DNA of 16,538 nucleotides from Clostridia bacterium (GTDB taxonomy: Bacteria > Bacillota > Clostridia > Christensenellales > Aristaeellaceae): contig JAKSQG010000023.1 of NCBI GenBank assembly GCA_024404275.1, forward strand, positions 1-16,538, in the 5' to 3' direction. A program made the position numbers and the translations under genes. Positions 7,443-16,355 of the stretch are shown here, piece after piece. Position 1 is the first letter of the stretch, and each line of letters starts with the position of its first letter. The notes under the pieces were generated by a model. It had not been told where the DNA came from and did no database searches. It saw nothing but the letters and a program-made list of their open reading frames with translations.

Positions 7443-9104
7443 TTACATGCGGATGTCTTCGGACTTGCTGATGGCAAGGTAGGCAACCAGCACCAGGGTG
7501 GTGACCGCCGTCAGAATGGAGGCAAAGGCACACGCAGGGCCATAGCTGCCGTTGCTGATGGCGATGTAGGTGGACATGGTCAGGTTGATGGTCTTGTTGT
7601 TGTACAGCATGATGCTGCTGGACAGTTCGGTCACGATGGAGACCCAGCTCAGCACGGCGCCGGAAAGGATGCCGCTGGACATCATGGGCACCGTCACCTT
7701 GATGAAGGTCTTGAGTTTGGAACTGCCCAGGGATATGGCGGCTTCCTCTGTACTGATGGGGATCTGCATCAGCGTTGCGGTCGCCGATCGTATCGTATAG
7801 GGCATTCTTCGTATGACCATCGACAAGATCATGATCAGCATGGTGCCGGTCAGACCGAAGGGAGCGGGACCAAAGGACATGATGAGCGCGATACCGATGA
7901 CGGAACCGGGCATGATGTAGGGCAGCATCGACATGGTATCGATGGTGTTGTTCATCATGCTGCGGCGGCGCACCACCAGGTAGGCGATCAGAATGGCAAA
8001 GATAATGATAATGGCCAGAGCCGCAATGGACTGGTACAGCGTGTTGGTGATGGAGCGGCCCAGCAGCAAGCGCTTTTTGCTGATAATGGTCTCATAGTTG
8101 ACCAGCGAGAAGCCATCCTTGAACACCATGCCGTTCACGTTGCGGAAGGACAGGTAGATGATGTACACCTGAGGCAGGAAAGCGATGGCGCACAGACCGT
8201 AGCAGTACACATACATCAGCACACCGGCAATGCCCTTGGGCTTTTTCTTTTCAACGGGGTGCAGGCTGTTGATGGAGAACTTGTACTTGCCGGTCGCCCA
8301 CTTCTGGAAGAAGAACACCACGGCGGTGACCAGAATGGCGATGACGGAGATAGCAGCGGCAAAGTTGTGGTTGGTGCCGTTTTCACCCAGGTACTGGCTG
8401 TAGATCTCGACGGGGAAGGTACGATAGCCTTCACCGATCAAAAGGGGCGTACCGAAGTCGGCAATGGCACGCATGAAAACGATCAGCGCCGCCGCCAGAA
8501 TGGTGGGCATCGACAGGTTCATCACGATGCGGAAGAAACGCTTCACGCCTGTGCAGCCCATGTTGGCGGAAGCCTCCATCAAGCTGTTGTCGATGTTCTT
8601 GAAGGCACCGTTCATGTAGATGAACACCAGCGGGAACAGCTTCAGGCTCTGCACCAGCGTGATGCCGCCAAAACCGTAGATATTGCCGATATCGATGCCA
8701 AGGTAGTTTTTAAGGAACTGCGTGATCACGCCGGAGCGACCCAGCAGCATGATCCAGGAATAAGCGCCGATGAAGGGGGCGGACATACAGCACAGAATGC
8801 TGATGACAAACAGGAATTTGGCACCCTTCAGCCGGTAGAAGCTGTAGAAGTACGAGAAGGGAATACCGATCAGCAGTGTAACAAGCGTAACGACCAGCGT
8901 CACCTTGGCGCTGTTGGTAATGGTAATGGTGTAGTAGGGGTTGGAGAAGAATTTGGTAAACTGTGCCAGAGACAGTTCGCCCTGATCACTGTAGACCGAC
9001 TGGCGCAGAATGCCAAACAGCGGATAGATCAGGATCAGCAGGAACAGCAGAAGGAAGAAGACCGAAATGACCGACCAGACATCGCGTTTTTTTCTTTCCA
9101 TCAT
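7443..9104 (-). CDS. ABC transporter permease, fused double-domain type (FbpB/ThiP-like)
   Basis: 553 aa and about 12 TM segments in two homologous halves. The RBS GGAGG precedes ATGATG at 9104. Stop is TAA. Confidence 0.85.
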   Translation of the reverse strand: MMERKKRDVWSVISVFFLLLFLLILIYPLFGILRQSVYSDQGELSLAQFTKFFSNPYYTITITNSAKVTLVVTLVTLLIGIPFSYFYSFYRLKGAKFLFVISILCCMSAPFIGAYSWIMLLGRSGVITQFLKNYLGIDIGNIYGFGGITLVQSLKLFPLVFIYMNGAFKNIDNSLMEASANMGCTGVKRFFRIVMNLSMPTILAAALIVFMRAIADFGTPLLIGEGYRTFPVEIYSQYLGENGTNHNFAAAISVIAILVTAVVFFFQKWATGKYKFSINSLHPVEKKKPKGIAGVLMYVYCYGLCAIAFLPQVYIIYLSFRNVNGMVFKDGFSLVNYETIISKKRLLLGRSITNTLYQSIAALAIIIIFAILIAYLVVRRRSMMNNTIDTMSMLPYIMPGSVIGIALIMSFGPAPFGLTGTMLIMILSMVIRRMPYTIRSATATLMQIPISTEEAAISLGSSKLKTFIKVTVPMMSSGILSGAVLSWVSIVTELSSSIMLYNNKTINLTMSTYIAISNGSYGPACAFASILTAVTTLVLVAYLAISKSEDIRM

Positions 9105-9122
9105 TTACCTCCGCGCCGTCTG

Positions 9123-10238
9123 TCAGCGGATCAGGTCGTTGACAACGCCGGTCAGCAGGTTATCGGTGCCTTCGGCATTGAACAGGTTGACCTTGTCGGT
9201 ATTGATGTTGAGCGAGATCTCGGCGCCGGGGGTCAGGGTGTCCTCAATGGTGGACTCCTGAATGATCTACGCTTCCTCGCCGGTCTCCATGGTAACAAAG
9301 TAGTGGGTGTTGAGTCCGAGGAACACGGCGTCATCCACCTTGGCGCGGATCAGACCCGCGGAAGCGTCACGGCTGAGCAGCAGCTCTTCGGGACGCAGGG
9401 AGATAATCACATCCTGCTCCTTGGCGCATTCGGGGCGCACGTTATGGATGGCCACCTTGTTGCCGTTGGGCAGCACCACCATGGTCTGACCGTTTTCGAT
9501 GACCATCTTGCCCTGCATTTGGTTGGAGCGGCCGATAAAGTTGGCCACAAACAGGTTGGCGGGGCGCTGATAGAGGTTTTTGGGCGTGCCCACATGCTGA
9601 ATGACGCCGCCGTTCATAACGGCAATGCGGTCGGATACCGCCATGGCTTCTTCCTGATCGTGGGTAACATACACGGTGGTGATGCCGACATCGTGCTGGA
9701 TGTGCTTGATGACGGTACGCATCTCCACGCGCAGCTTGGCGTCCAGGTTGGAAAGAGGTTCATCCATCAGCAGCACCTGCGGCTCAATGCACAGGGCACG
9801 GGCGAGGGCGACACGCTGCTGCTGACCACCGGACAGGCGATCGGGCATGCGGTCGGCCAGACCGTCGATCTGCATCAGCTTCAGGAAGCGGTCCGCCTGC
9901 GTGTGGATCTGGCTTTTGGGCATATGCTTGTTGGTCAGACCGAATTCCACGTTCTTGCGCACGGAATAGTGCGGAAATACGGCATAATTCTGGAATACCA
10001 TACCAATGTTGCGGCGGGAAGGATCGAGATCGTTGATGCGGGTCTCGTTAAAATAAAAATCGCCGCCCTCGATGCTGTTAAAACCGGCAATCATGCGCAG
10101 CAGCGTGGTCTTGCCGCAGCCGGAAGGTCCGAGCAGTGTGAAGAATTCGCCCTCACGGATATCCAGGTTCAGATCGGGAATGATCACATTGCTGCCATAT
10201 TTTTTCAGCGCGTGCTGAATGCGGATATTGACGCTCAT
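9123..10238 (-). CDS. ABC transporter ATP-binding protein (PotA/FbpC-like) with C-terminal TOBE-like domain, read through an in-frame TAG
   Basis: ATG at 10238 follows the RBS AAGGAG. Walker A is GPSGCGKTT, the signature is LSGGQQQRVALARAL, and Walker B is LLMDEPLSNLD. After the TAG (9267-9269) the same frame reads IIQESTIEDTLTPGAEISLNINTDKVNLFNAEGTDNLLTGVVNDLIR and ends at TGA 9123-9125. This gives a normal length of about 371 codons and leaves an 18-nt gap before the permease start. Confidence 0.8.
9267..9269 (-). other. In-frame TAG in the ABC ATPase CDS (putative sense codon)
   Basis: Minus-strand context is gaa gcg TAG atc att, giving ...METGEEA-X-IIQEST... Confidence 0.7.
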
Positions 10239-10307
10239 AGCCGTATACTCCTTTTTTATGGACGTTTCACCGTGAAATGCTTTAAAATTGCGAACATGGA
10301 TGCTTAA

Positions 10308-10336
10308 ATAGTAGCATTCATTTACCATTTTGTCAA
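10308..10336 (-). promoter_or_regulatory. Promoter of the ABC transporter operon
   Basis: Minus strand: TTGACA (10331-10336), a 17-nt spacer, then TACTAT (10308-10313), about 65 nt upstream of the ATPase ATG. Confidence 0.55.
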
Positions 10337-10377
10337 TAACTACGCCCCAAAATATGTGGAGCCGTGGAAAACACCCC

Positions 10378-10407
10378 TTGAAGTATCAAACCGTTCACTG
10401 GTATAAT
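10378..10407 (+). promoter_or_regulatory. Promoter of the ansA-uvrA operon
   Basis: TTGAAG (10378-10383), an 18-nt spacer, then TGgTATAAT, an extended -10 with its hexamer at 10402-10407. The RBS AAAGGAG lies before the ATG at 10442. Confidence 0.6.
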
Positions 10408-10441
10408 AGACCGACCGGAAACGCCGGAAAAGGAGTCTGAA

Positions 10442-11473
10442 ATGACAAAAAAGATATTGCTGATCTACACCGGAGGCACCATCGGCATGACCGCCACCGC
10501 AAACGGCTACGCGCCGCAGAAGGAAGCGTTTCATCAGCTGCTCCACAGCATGCCGGGGCTCAATGCCGATGTAATGCCCGAATGGGATATTATCGATATG
10601 GACCCGCTGCTCGATTCCGCCAATATGACGGCGCACGAGTGGAACAAGATCGGCGGCATGATCGCCGACCATTACGAAGCCTATGACGGCTTTGTGGTGC
10701 TGCATGGCACCGATACCATGGCGTATACCGCCTCCGCCCTGTCCTTTATGCTGGAAAACTGCCGCAAGCCCGTTGTGCTGACAGGCGCGCAGATTCCCCT
10801 GTGCGAGGTGCGCAGCGATGCTCGCGACAACCTGCTCACCGCCATGCTGATCGCCGGCGAAGGCGTGGTCAAAGAGGTCTGCCTGTACTTCGGCGGCAGC
10901 CTGCTGCGCGGCAACCGCGCCACCAAATTCTCCTCCGATGGGCTCATCGCCTTCATCTCCCCCAACTATCCGCTGTTGGCGGAAGCCGGCATCAGCATCA
11001 AATACAACACTTCGGCACTGCTCAAGCCCCAGCGCGGTCCCTTCCGTCTGCGCCGCATGGACGATGTGCCCATCGGCGTACTCAAGATTTTCCCGGGCAT
11101 CCAGTTTGAGCTGTTTGAAGCCATCATGACTGAAAAACTGCGCGGCATCGTCATCGAGACGTTCGGCGCCGGCAACATTCCCGGCAGCGGCACGGCATTG
11201 CTGCCCATCATCCGCCGCGCCTACGCCAACGGCACCGTGCTGACCGTCTGCTCCCAGTGCCCGCAAGGCGCGGTCGCCCTCGGCGCGTATGAGACCAGCA
11301 CAGCGCTCAAAAACGCGGGTGCTGTCAGCGGCTATGACATCACCACCGAGGCGGCGGTGACCAAGCTCTACTATCTTTTCAGCTGCGGTTTTGATACCGA
11401 CAGCGTCAAGCATCTGATGGAAAGCAATCTGCGCGGGGAGATGACCCGCCGCGACGCTTCGGAGGAAAAATGA
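10442..11473 (+). CDS. ansA: L-asparaginase, type I (cytoplasmic)
   Basis: 343 aa. The catalytic motifs [11 protein letters not shown] and [10 protein letters not shown] are present. The TGA stop overlaps the uvrA ATG (ATGA). Confidence 0.88.
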   Translation: MTKKILLIYTGGTIGMTATANGYAPQKEAFHQLLHSMPGLNADVMPEWDIIDMDPLLDSANMTAHEWNKIGGMIADHYEAYDGFVVLHGTDTMAYTASALSFMLENCRKPVVLTGAQIPLCEVRSDARDNLLTAMLIAGEGVVKEVCLYFGGSLLRGNRATKFSSDGLIAFISPNYPLLAEAGISIKYNTSALLKPQRGPFRLRRMDDVPIGVLKIFPGIQFELFEAIMTEKLRGIVIETFGAGNIPGSGTALLPIIRRAYANGTVLTVCSQCPQGAVALGAYETSTALKNAGAVSGYDITTEAAVTKLYYLFSCGFDTDSVKHLMESNLRGEMTRRDASEEK

Positions 11474-14304
11474 ACGACTCCATTATCGTAAAAGGTGCCC
11501 GGCAGCACAACCTCAAAAACGTCTCCGTCACGCTGCCTCGCAACAAGCTGATCGTTTTCACCGGTCTGTCGGGCAGCGGCAAAAGCAGCCTTGCCTTTGA
11601 TACCATTTATGCCGAGGGACAGCGCCGCTATGTGGAAAGCATGTCCTCCTATGCCCGTCAGTTTCTGGGGCAGATGGACAAGCCCGAGGTCGACTCCATC
11701 GAGGGGCTTTCCCCCGCCATCTCCATCGATCAGAAAACAACTGCCCGCAACCCGCGTTCCACCGTGGGCACCGTGACCGAGATCCACGATTATTTAAGGC
11801 TTCTGTACGCCCGCACAGGCATTCCGCACTGCCCCACCTGCAGACGGTAGATCCGCCGTCAGAGCGTGGATGAAATCGTGGAGACCGTTCTTTCCTGGCC
11901 GCAGGGCTCAAGGCTTTTGCTGCTCTCCCCCGTGGTGCGTGCCCGTAAGGGTGAACACATCAAGCTGCTGGAGCAGGCGCTGAAGGACGGCTTCCTGCGT
12001 GTGCGCATCGACGGCGAAATGTACGAGCTGGATGATCCGCCCAAGCTGGACAAGCAGAAGAAGCACACCATCGAGATCGTGGTGGACCGCCTCATCCTGC
12101 GCCCCGATATCCGTCAGCGCCTGACCGACAGCATCGAAACTGCCATGAAGCAGAGCGGCGGTCTTGTCACCGTCATGCTGGCGGACGGCAGCATGGAAAC
12201 GCAGTTTTCCCAGAATTACGCCTGTCCCGAATGCGGCGTCAACATCGAAGAACTGACGCCCCGCATGTTTTCCTTCAACAATCCCTACGGCGCCTGCCCG
12301 CATTGCAGCGGTCTGGGCGTGATGATGAAGATCAGCGAGGACCTGTGCATCCCCGACCGCAGCCTGTCTCTGGCACAGGGAGCCGTCAGCTGCATGGGCT
12401 GGAGCAGCGGCAGCGAAAGCAGCATGGCCGCGGGCATGTTCCGCGGTCTGGCGGAGCGCTACGGCTTCAGCATGGATACGCCTGTGCGCGACCTGCCCCC
12501 CAAGGCGCTCGAGGTCATCCTGTACGGCACCAATGGCGAAAAGATCGATGTCAGCTACGATTCCATCCACGGTCACGGCGTGTACAAGACCGCCTTTGAG
12601 GGCGTCATTCCCTCCATGGAGCGCCGCTACCGTGAAACGCAGAGCGACAGCATGAAGGCGGTCTACGAAGAGTACATGACCACCATGCCCTGCCCCGAAT
12701 GTCACGGCATGCGCCTCAAAAAGGAAGCGCTCGCCGTCACGGTGGGCGGCAAAAACCTTGCCGAACTCAGCGATATGAACATCCGCAAGGCCCGTGATTT
12801 TCTGACCGCACTGGAGCTGGATGCCACCCGCACCATGATCGCGGGACCTATCCTCCGCGAGGTGGACAGCCGTCTGGGCTTCTTGTGCAACGTGGGTCTG
12901 GAATACCTGACGCTCTCCCGCGGCGCTGCCACCCTTTCGGGCGGTGAGGCGCAGCGCATCCGCCTTGCCACGCAGATCGGCAGCGGCCTCATGGGTGTAC
13001 TGTATATTTTGGATGAGCCCAGCATCGGTCTGCATCAGCGCGACAACGCCCGCCTGCTGGCCACCATGCAGCGGCTGCGTGATCTTGGCAATACGCTCAT
13101 CGTGGTCGAACACGATGAAGAGACTCTCCGTTCCGCCGATTATGTGGTGGATATCGGTCCGGGGGCGGGCATCCACGGCGGCAACATCGTCGCCGCAGGT
13201 ACGGTCGAGGAGATCATGAACACCCCCGGCTCCATCACCGGCGATTATCTGGCAGGACGCCGCGTCATCGCCGTACCCGAAACCCACCGCGTTCCCACCG
13301 GCTGGCTGACCGTCCGCGGTGCCCGCGAACACAACCTCAAAAACATCGATGCCGCCTTCCCGCTGGGCGTTTTCTGCTGCGTAACGGGCGTTTCCGGCAG
13401 CGGCAAGAGCAGTCTGGTCAATGCCATCGTGCACAAAACGCTGGCAAGGGATCTGAACCGTGCCCGTACTGTGCCCGGCGAATGCGACGGCATCGAGGGC
13501 ATGGACCGGCTGGATAAGATTATCTGCATCGATCAGAGCCCCATCGGGCGCAGCCCGCGCAGCAACCCCGCCACCTATACCGGCTTGTTCGATATCATCC
13601 GCAAGGTGTTTGCGCAAACGCCCGAAGCCAAGGTCCGCGGCTACAAGGAGAACCGCTTCTCCTTCAACGTCAAGGGCGGCCGCTGCGAAGCCTGCTCCGG
13701 CGATGGCGTGCTCAAGATCGAAATGCACTTCATGCCCGATCTGTATGTGCCCTGCGAGGTCTGCGGCGGCAAACGCTATAATTATGAAACGCTGCAGGTC
13801 AAATACCGCGGCTACAGCATCTCGGACATATTGGAAATGACCATCGAGGACGCCATGGGCGTGTTTGAAGCCTTCCCGCAGATCATGTCCCGTCTCAAAA
13901 CGCTCAGCGAGGTCGGTCTCGGGTACATCAAGCTCGGTCAGCCCGCCACCACCCTGTCGGGCGGCGAGGCGCAGCGTGTCAAGCTGGCGACCGAACTGAG
14001 CCGCCGCACCACGGGACGCACACTCATCCTGCTGGATGAGCCCACCACGGGACTTCACACCGATGACGTCAGCCGCCTCATCCACATTCTGCAGCGTCTG
14101 ACCGATGCGGGCAACACCGTGCTGGTCATTGAGCACAACCTGGATGTCATCAAAACCGCCGACTATGTGCTCGACCTCGGTCCCGAGGGCGGCGACAAGG
14201 GCGGTCAGATCGTCGCCGCGGGCACGCCCGAGCAGGTAGCGGCTGTCGAAGGCAGCTACACCGGTCAGTACCTCAAAAAGATCGGCATCACACCTCAGGC
14301 ATAA
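11470..14304 (+). CDS. uvrA: Excinuclease ABC subunit A, full length (944 codons), read through an in-frame TAG
   Basis: Two Walker A motifs ([20 protein letters not shown]), two signatures ([24 protein letters not shown]) and Zn-finger Cys clusters are present. ORFs 11470..11850 and 11866..14304 share one frame, and the junction ...[25 protein letters not shown]... is colinear with known UvrA proteins. Stop is TAA. Confidence 0.92.
11848..11850 (+). other. In-frame TAG in uvrA (putative sense codon)
   Basis: Context is aga cgg TAG atc cgc. The UvrA sequence is uninterrupted on both sides. Confidence 0.75.
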
Positions 14305-14345
14305 TGGTTTCATCAGAATAACCAACAACAGAAAGGGCAATCATC

Positions 14346-15179
14346 ATGAATTCCTTCAGTGAAGAACTGCTGTCCGCACGCAAAGCAAAAAACATGACGC
14401 AGGAGCAGCTGGCTGCTGCGCTCAACGTCACCCGTTCTACCGTGTCCCATTGGGAAAACGGCCGTAATGAGCCCGATCTGGAAACCCTTCAAAAGATCTC
14501 TTTGCTGCTGGAAACCACCTTTTCCGTGCAGGTAACCCCCGCTGCCGAGGCAGCGCCTGCCGCTGACCGTGAACAGCTGGTCAGGAAGAACAAGCTTCTC
14601 AAAATAATGGCCGCCATCATCGCTCTTTTGCTGATCGTGATCGTCGTCCTCATTGCCTGCGGTATCCTGCCGACCGGCAGCAAGCCCGTCAACGAGCCCG
14701 CCGCCTCTGCCGATGCCGCGCCGCTTGCCGTCACCCCCATCATGCCGCCCAAAGCCGAGACCATCGAATGGTACTCCTCCGCCTGTCTGCCGACGGAAGG
14801 CATGCCTTTTGTCATGATCCAGTTCAACGAAAACCCGCTCCGGGCTATCAACAACGCTGATTTGTTCCCCGATGGACCCGGCTGGTTCTACACCACCTAC
14901 CTGACCGAAACCAACGGCAAACCCTTTACGATCACCCACCTTCGTCTGGTGAATTTTATGGATATCAAAAATGATATCTTCGACTATGACGGTGACACCG
15001 TTTCCGGTTGGTTTGGCAGCAGCACCCTTCCCCCGCGCGAGCAATTTGCCTTCAACGGCGGCTTCCCCATGGTGCCCGAAATCAAGGGTATCGGCTTCTG
15101 CCTGACTGGCAGAGCCGAAGACGGTACCGAAATGGAATTCCATGCCTATCTCCCCCTGCTGCAGGAAGTAGCCGAATAA
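14346..15179 (+). CDS. Membrane-anchored XRE-family HTH protein (cytoplasmic HTH, one TM, about 170-aa extracytoplasmic domain)
   Basis: The N-terminus LLSARKAKNMTQEQLAAALNVTRSTVSHWENGRNEPDLETLQKISLLL is a classic HTH_3 sequence. The TM segment is IMAAIIALLLIVIVVLIACGIL. The C-terminal domain is unassigned. Stop is TAA. Confidence 0.8.
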   Translation: MNSFSEELLSARKAKNMTQEQLAAALNVTRSTVSHWENGRNEPDLETLQKISLLLETTFSVQVTPAAEAAPAADREQLVRKNKLLKIMAAIIALLLIVIVVLIACGILPTGSKPVNEPAASADAAPLAVTPIMPPKAETIEWYSSACLPTEGMPFVMIQFNENPLRAINNADLFPDGPGWFYTTYLTETNGKPFTITHLRLVNFMDIKNDIFDYDGDTVSGWFGSSTLPPREQFAFNGGFPMVPEIKGIGFCLTGRAEDGTEMEFHAYLPLLQEVAE

Positions 15180-15187
15180 ACCCCTTC

Positions 15188-15211
15188 AGACCCCTTAGGG
15201 GGTCTTTTTTT
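15188..15211 (+). terminator. Rho-independent terminator after the XRE-TM gene
   Basis: AGACCCC-TTAG-GGGGTCT followed by a T7 run, 9 nt after the stop codon. Confidence 0.8.
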
Positions 15212-15318
15212 GTGCATTTTTAACGTTGATACGTTTTGTATCGTCCAAAAAGGCATATGTTACGCATCGTAACTAGTGATGCCGCACCTCCGCCTTTATA
15301 ATGAAGAAGGAAATTCAC

Positions 15319-15645
15319 ATGAAAGAAGGGAGGGCCATGCTGTATCTCGGCTGGATCGCGGCGGCGTTCATGGCAGGCGTCATCGTTTCGCAGCGACGCC
15401 GCAATCATCGACCCGGGCTGCGTGAACGCAGCGAATCAACAGATTCCTTCGCGGGGCTGAAATATGACGAGGTCGCCGAGCACTTCGGCAGTTTGCCGTG
15501 CATGACCGTGCGGCGTGCAAACGGCACCGTGCTGCATCGGTGGCAGCAGGGCAGATATGCCATTGCGCTGCTGTTTGATTCCGCCTCCGTCTGCCTCGGC
15601 GTGGAAGAAGAAAAAACACAAACAAGAAAGGAACCCCATGTATGA
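15319..15645 (+). CDS. Small hypothetical membrane protein (start uncertain: 15319 or 15337)
   Basis: The RBS AAGGA lies 7 nt before the ATG at 15319, and a GGGAGGG lies just before the alternative ATG at 15337. The N-terminal TM is LYLGWIAAAFMAGVIV. The TGA stop overlaps the next ATG (ATGA). Confidence 0.55.
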   Translation: MKEGRAMLYLGWIAAAFMAGVIVSQRRRNHRPGLRERSESTDSFAGLKYDEVAEHFGSLPCMTVRRANGTVLHRWQQGRYAIALLFDSASVCLGVEEEKTQTRKEPHV

Positions 15646-16337
15646 ACTATGATCTGATTGACAAACTCAAATCCCTGTGGAGTAGGCGGCTGATTAAACC
15701 GCTTCAGCGGAACGGCGTGCCCTACAGCATCACGGAGCTGTTGCAAGAAACCGGACCGTTTGCACTTGCTTCCGGTCTTCTTCTGCTGCTTTCCTTCATT
15801 GCCATGCTGCGCAGCAAAAAGACGCACAGCGGCGCTTCCAGATGCTTCACCATCCTGTTTGGTCTGGGAGCGATCCTTTCCGCGGTCGTCTGGGGCATGT
15901 TCTGGTACTCCCTGAGCACAAAGGCATGGCTGGTCATCGGTATGGTCGCCCTTCTCGCGCTCATTTTTATGGTGATTTCCTGCAAAAAGAAGTCTGACAC
16001 CGACAAAAGCGAAAGCATCACCGCCGCTTCCGCCGCAGCTTCTTCCGCTGCTCATGCCGTCGGCGATACGCTGAAAGCAACCGCGGCTTCCGCAACCGCT
16101 GTCGCTAAATCGGGCATCTCTTCCTTTAAAGCCACCATGGAACAGGCGATCGCGGACAGCAACGTCGAGATCGCCGGTGTGATGGGCTATGAAAACGATG
16201 AAAGTGATGCCGCTGCCTTTGTACAGGATGATGAAGCCCTTGCTTCCATCAAGGCGCTGTTCGAACTCAAGCAGCAAAAGATCATCACCGAAGCCGAGTT
16301 TGAAGCAAAAAAAGTCGAACTGCTGAACCGCATCTGA
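15642..16337 (+). CDS. Membrane protein with C-terminal SHOCT-like domain
   Basis: 231 aa with about 3 TM segments, an Ala/Ser-rich linker and a C-terminus IKALFELKQQKIITEAEFEAKKVELLNRI that matches the SHOCT pattern. It is translationally coupled to the upstream ORF. Confidence 0.7.
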   Translation: MNYDLIDKLKSLWSRRLIKPLQRNGVPYSITELLQETGPFALASGLLLLLSFIAMLRSKKTHSGASRCFTILFGLGAILSAVVWGMFWYSLSTKAWLVIGMVALLALIFMVISCKKKSDTDKSESITAASAAASSAAHAVGDTLKATAASATAVAKSGISSFKATMEQAIADSNVEIAGVMGYENDESDAAAFVQDDEALASIKALFELKQQKIITEAEFEAKKVELLNRI

Positions 16338-16355
16338 TTGACAGGAGGACAAAAC

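Noticed and set aside
8259-10307. 682-aa ORF antisense to the ABC permease and ATPase
   Set aside because: It spans two real minus-strand genes and their junction. Its composition is shadow-frame-like, and Walker and signature motifs are found only on the minus strand.
10239-10307. Possible riboswitch or leader in the roughly 65-nt 5' UTR of the ABC operon
   Set aside because: Only a short TTTCAC-gg-GTGAAA hairpin is present. I could recognise no conserved riboswitch core such as the TPP CUGAGA, and the leader is too short for most riboswitch classes.
10340-11413. 357-aa ORF antisense to ansA. The same reasoning applies to 1927..2724, 14313..15143 and 15405..16502.
   Set aside because: All are shadow ORFs opposite genes with clear motifs (TGGTIG/HGTDT, acyltransferase blocks, HTH, SHOCT), RBSs and sensible operon spacing.
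268-11850. Reading the TAG-interrupted genes as ordinary pseudogenes
   Set aside because: All five lesions are the same codon, there are no frameshifts or other stops, the downstream frames and motifs are fully preserved, an important repair gene is affected, and TAG is never used as a terminator here. Sequencing error remains the live alternative and is listed as a finding.
268-11850. Pyrrolysine as the explanation for the in-frame TAGs
   Set aside because: There are no methylamine methyltransferase or pyl genes here, and the TAGs sit in unrelated housekeeping genes. Pyl users normally keep TAG mostly as a stop. It cannot be fully excluded without a whole-genome search for pylTSBCD.
11908-14340. 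810-aa ORF antisense to uvrA
   Set aside because: It exactly mirrors a strongly conserved gene on the plus strand. Its composition is a low-complexity Ala/Gly/Asp/His/Arg mix typical of antisense frames in GC-rich DNA, with no RBS or motifs.
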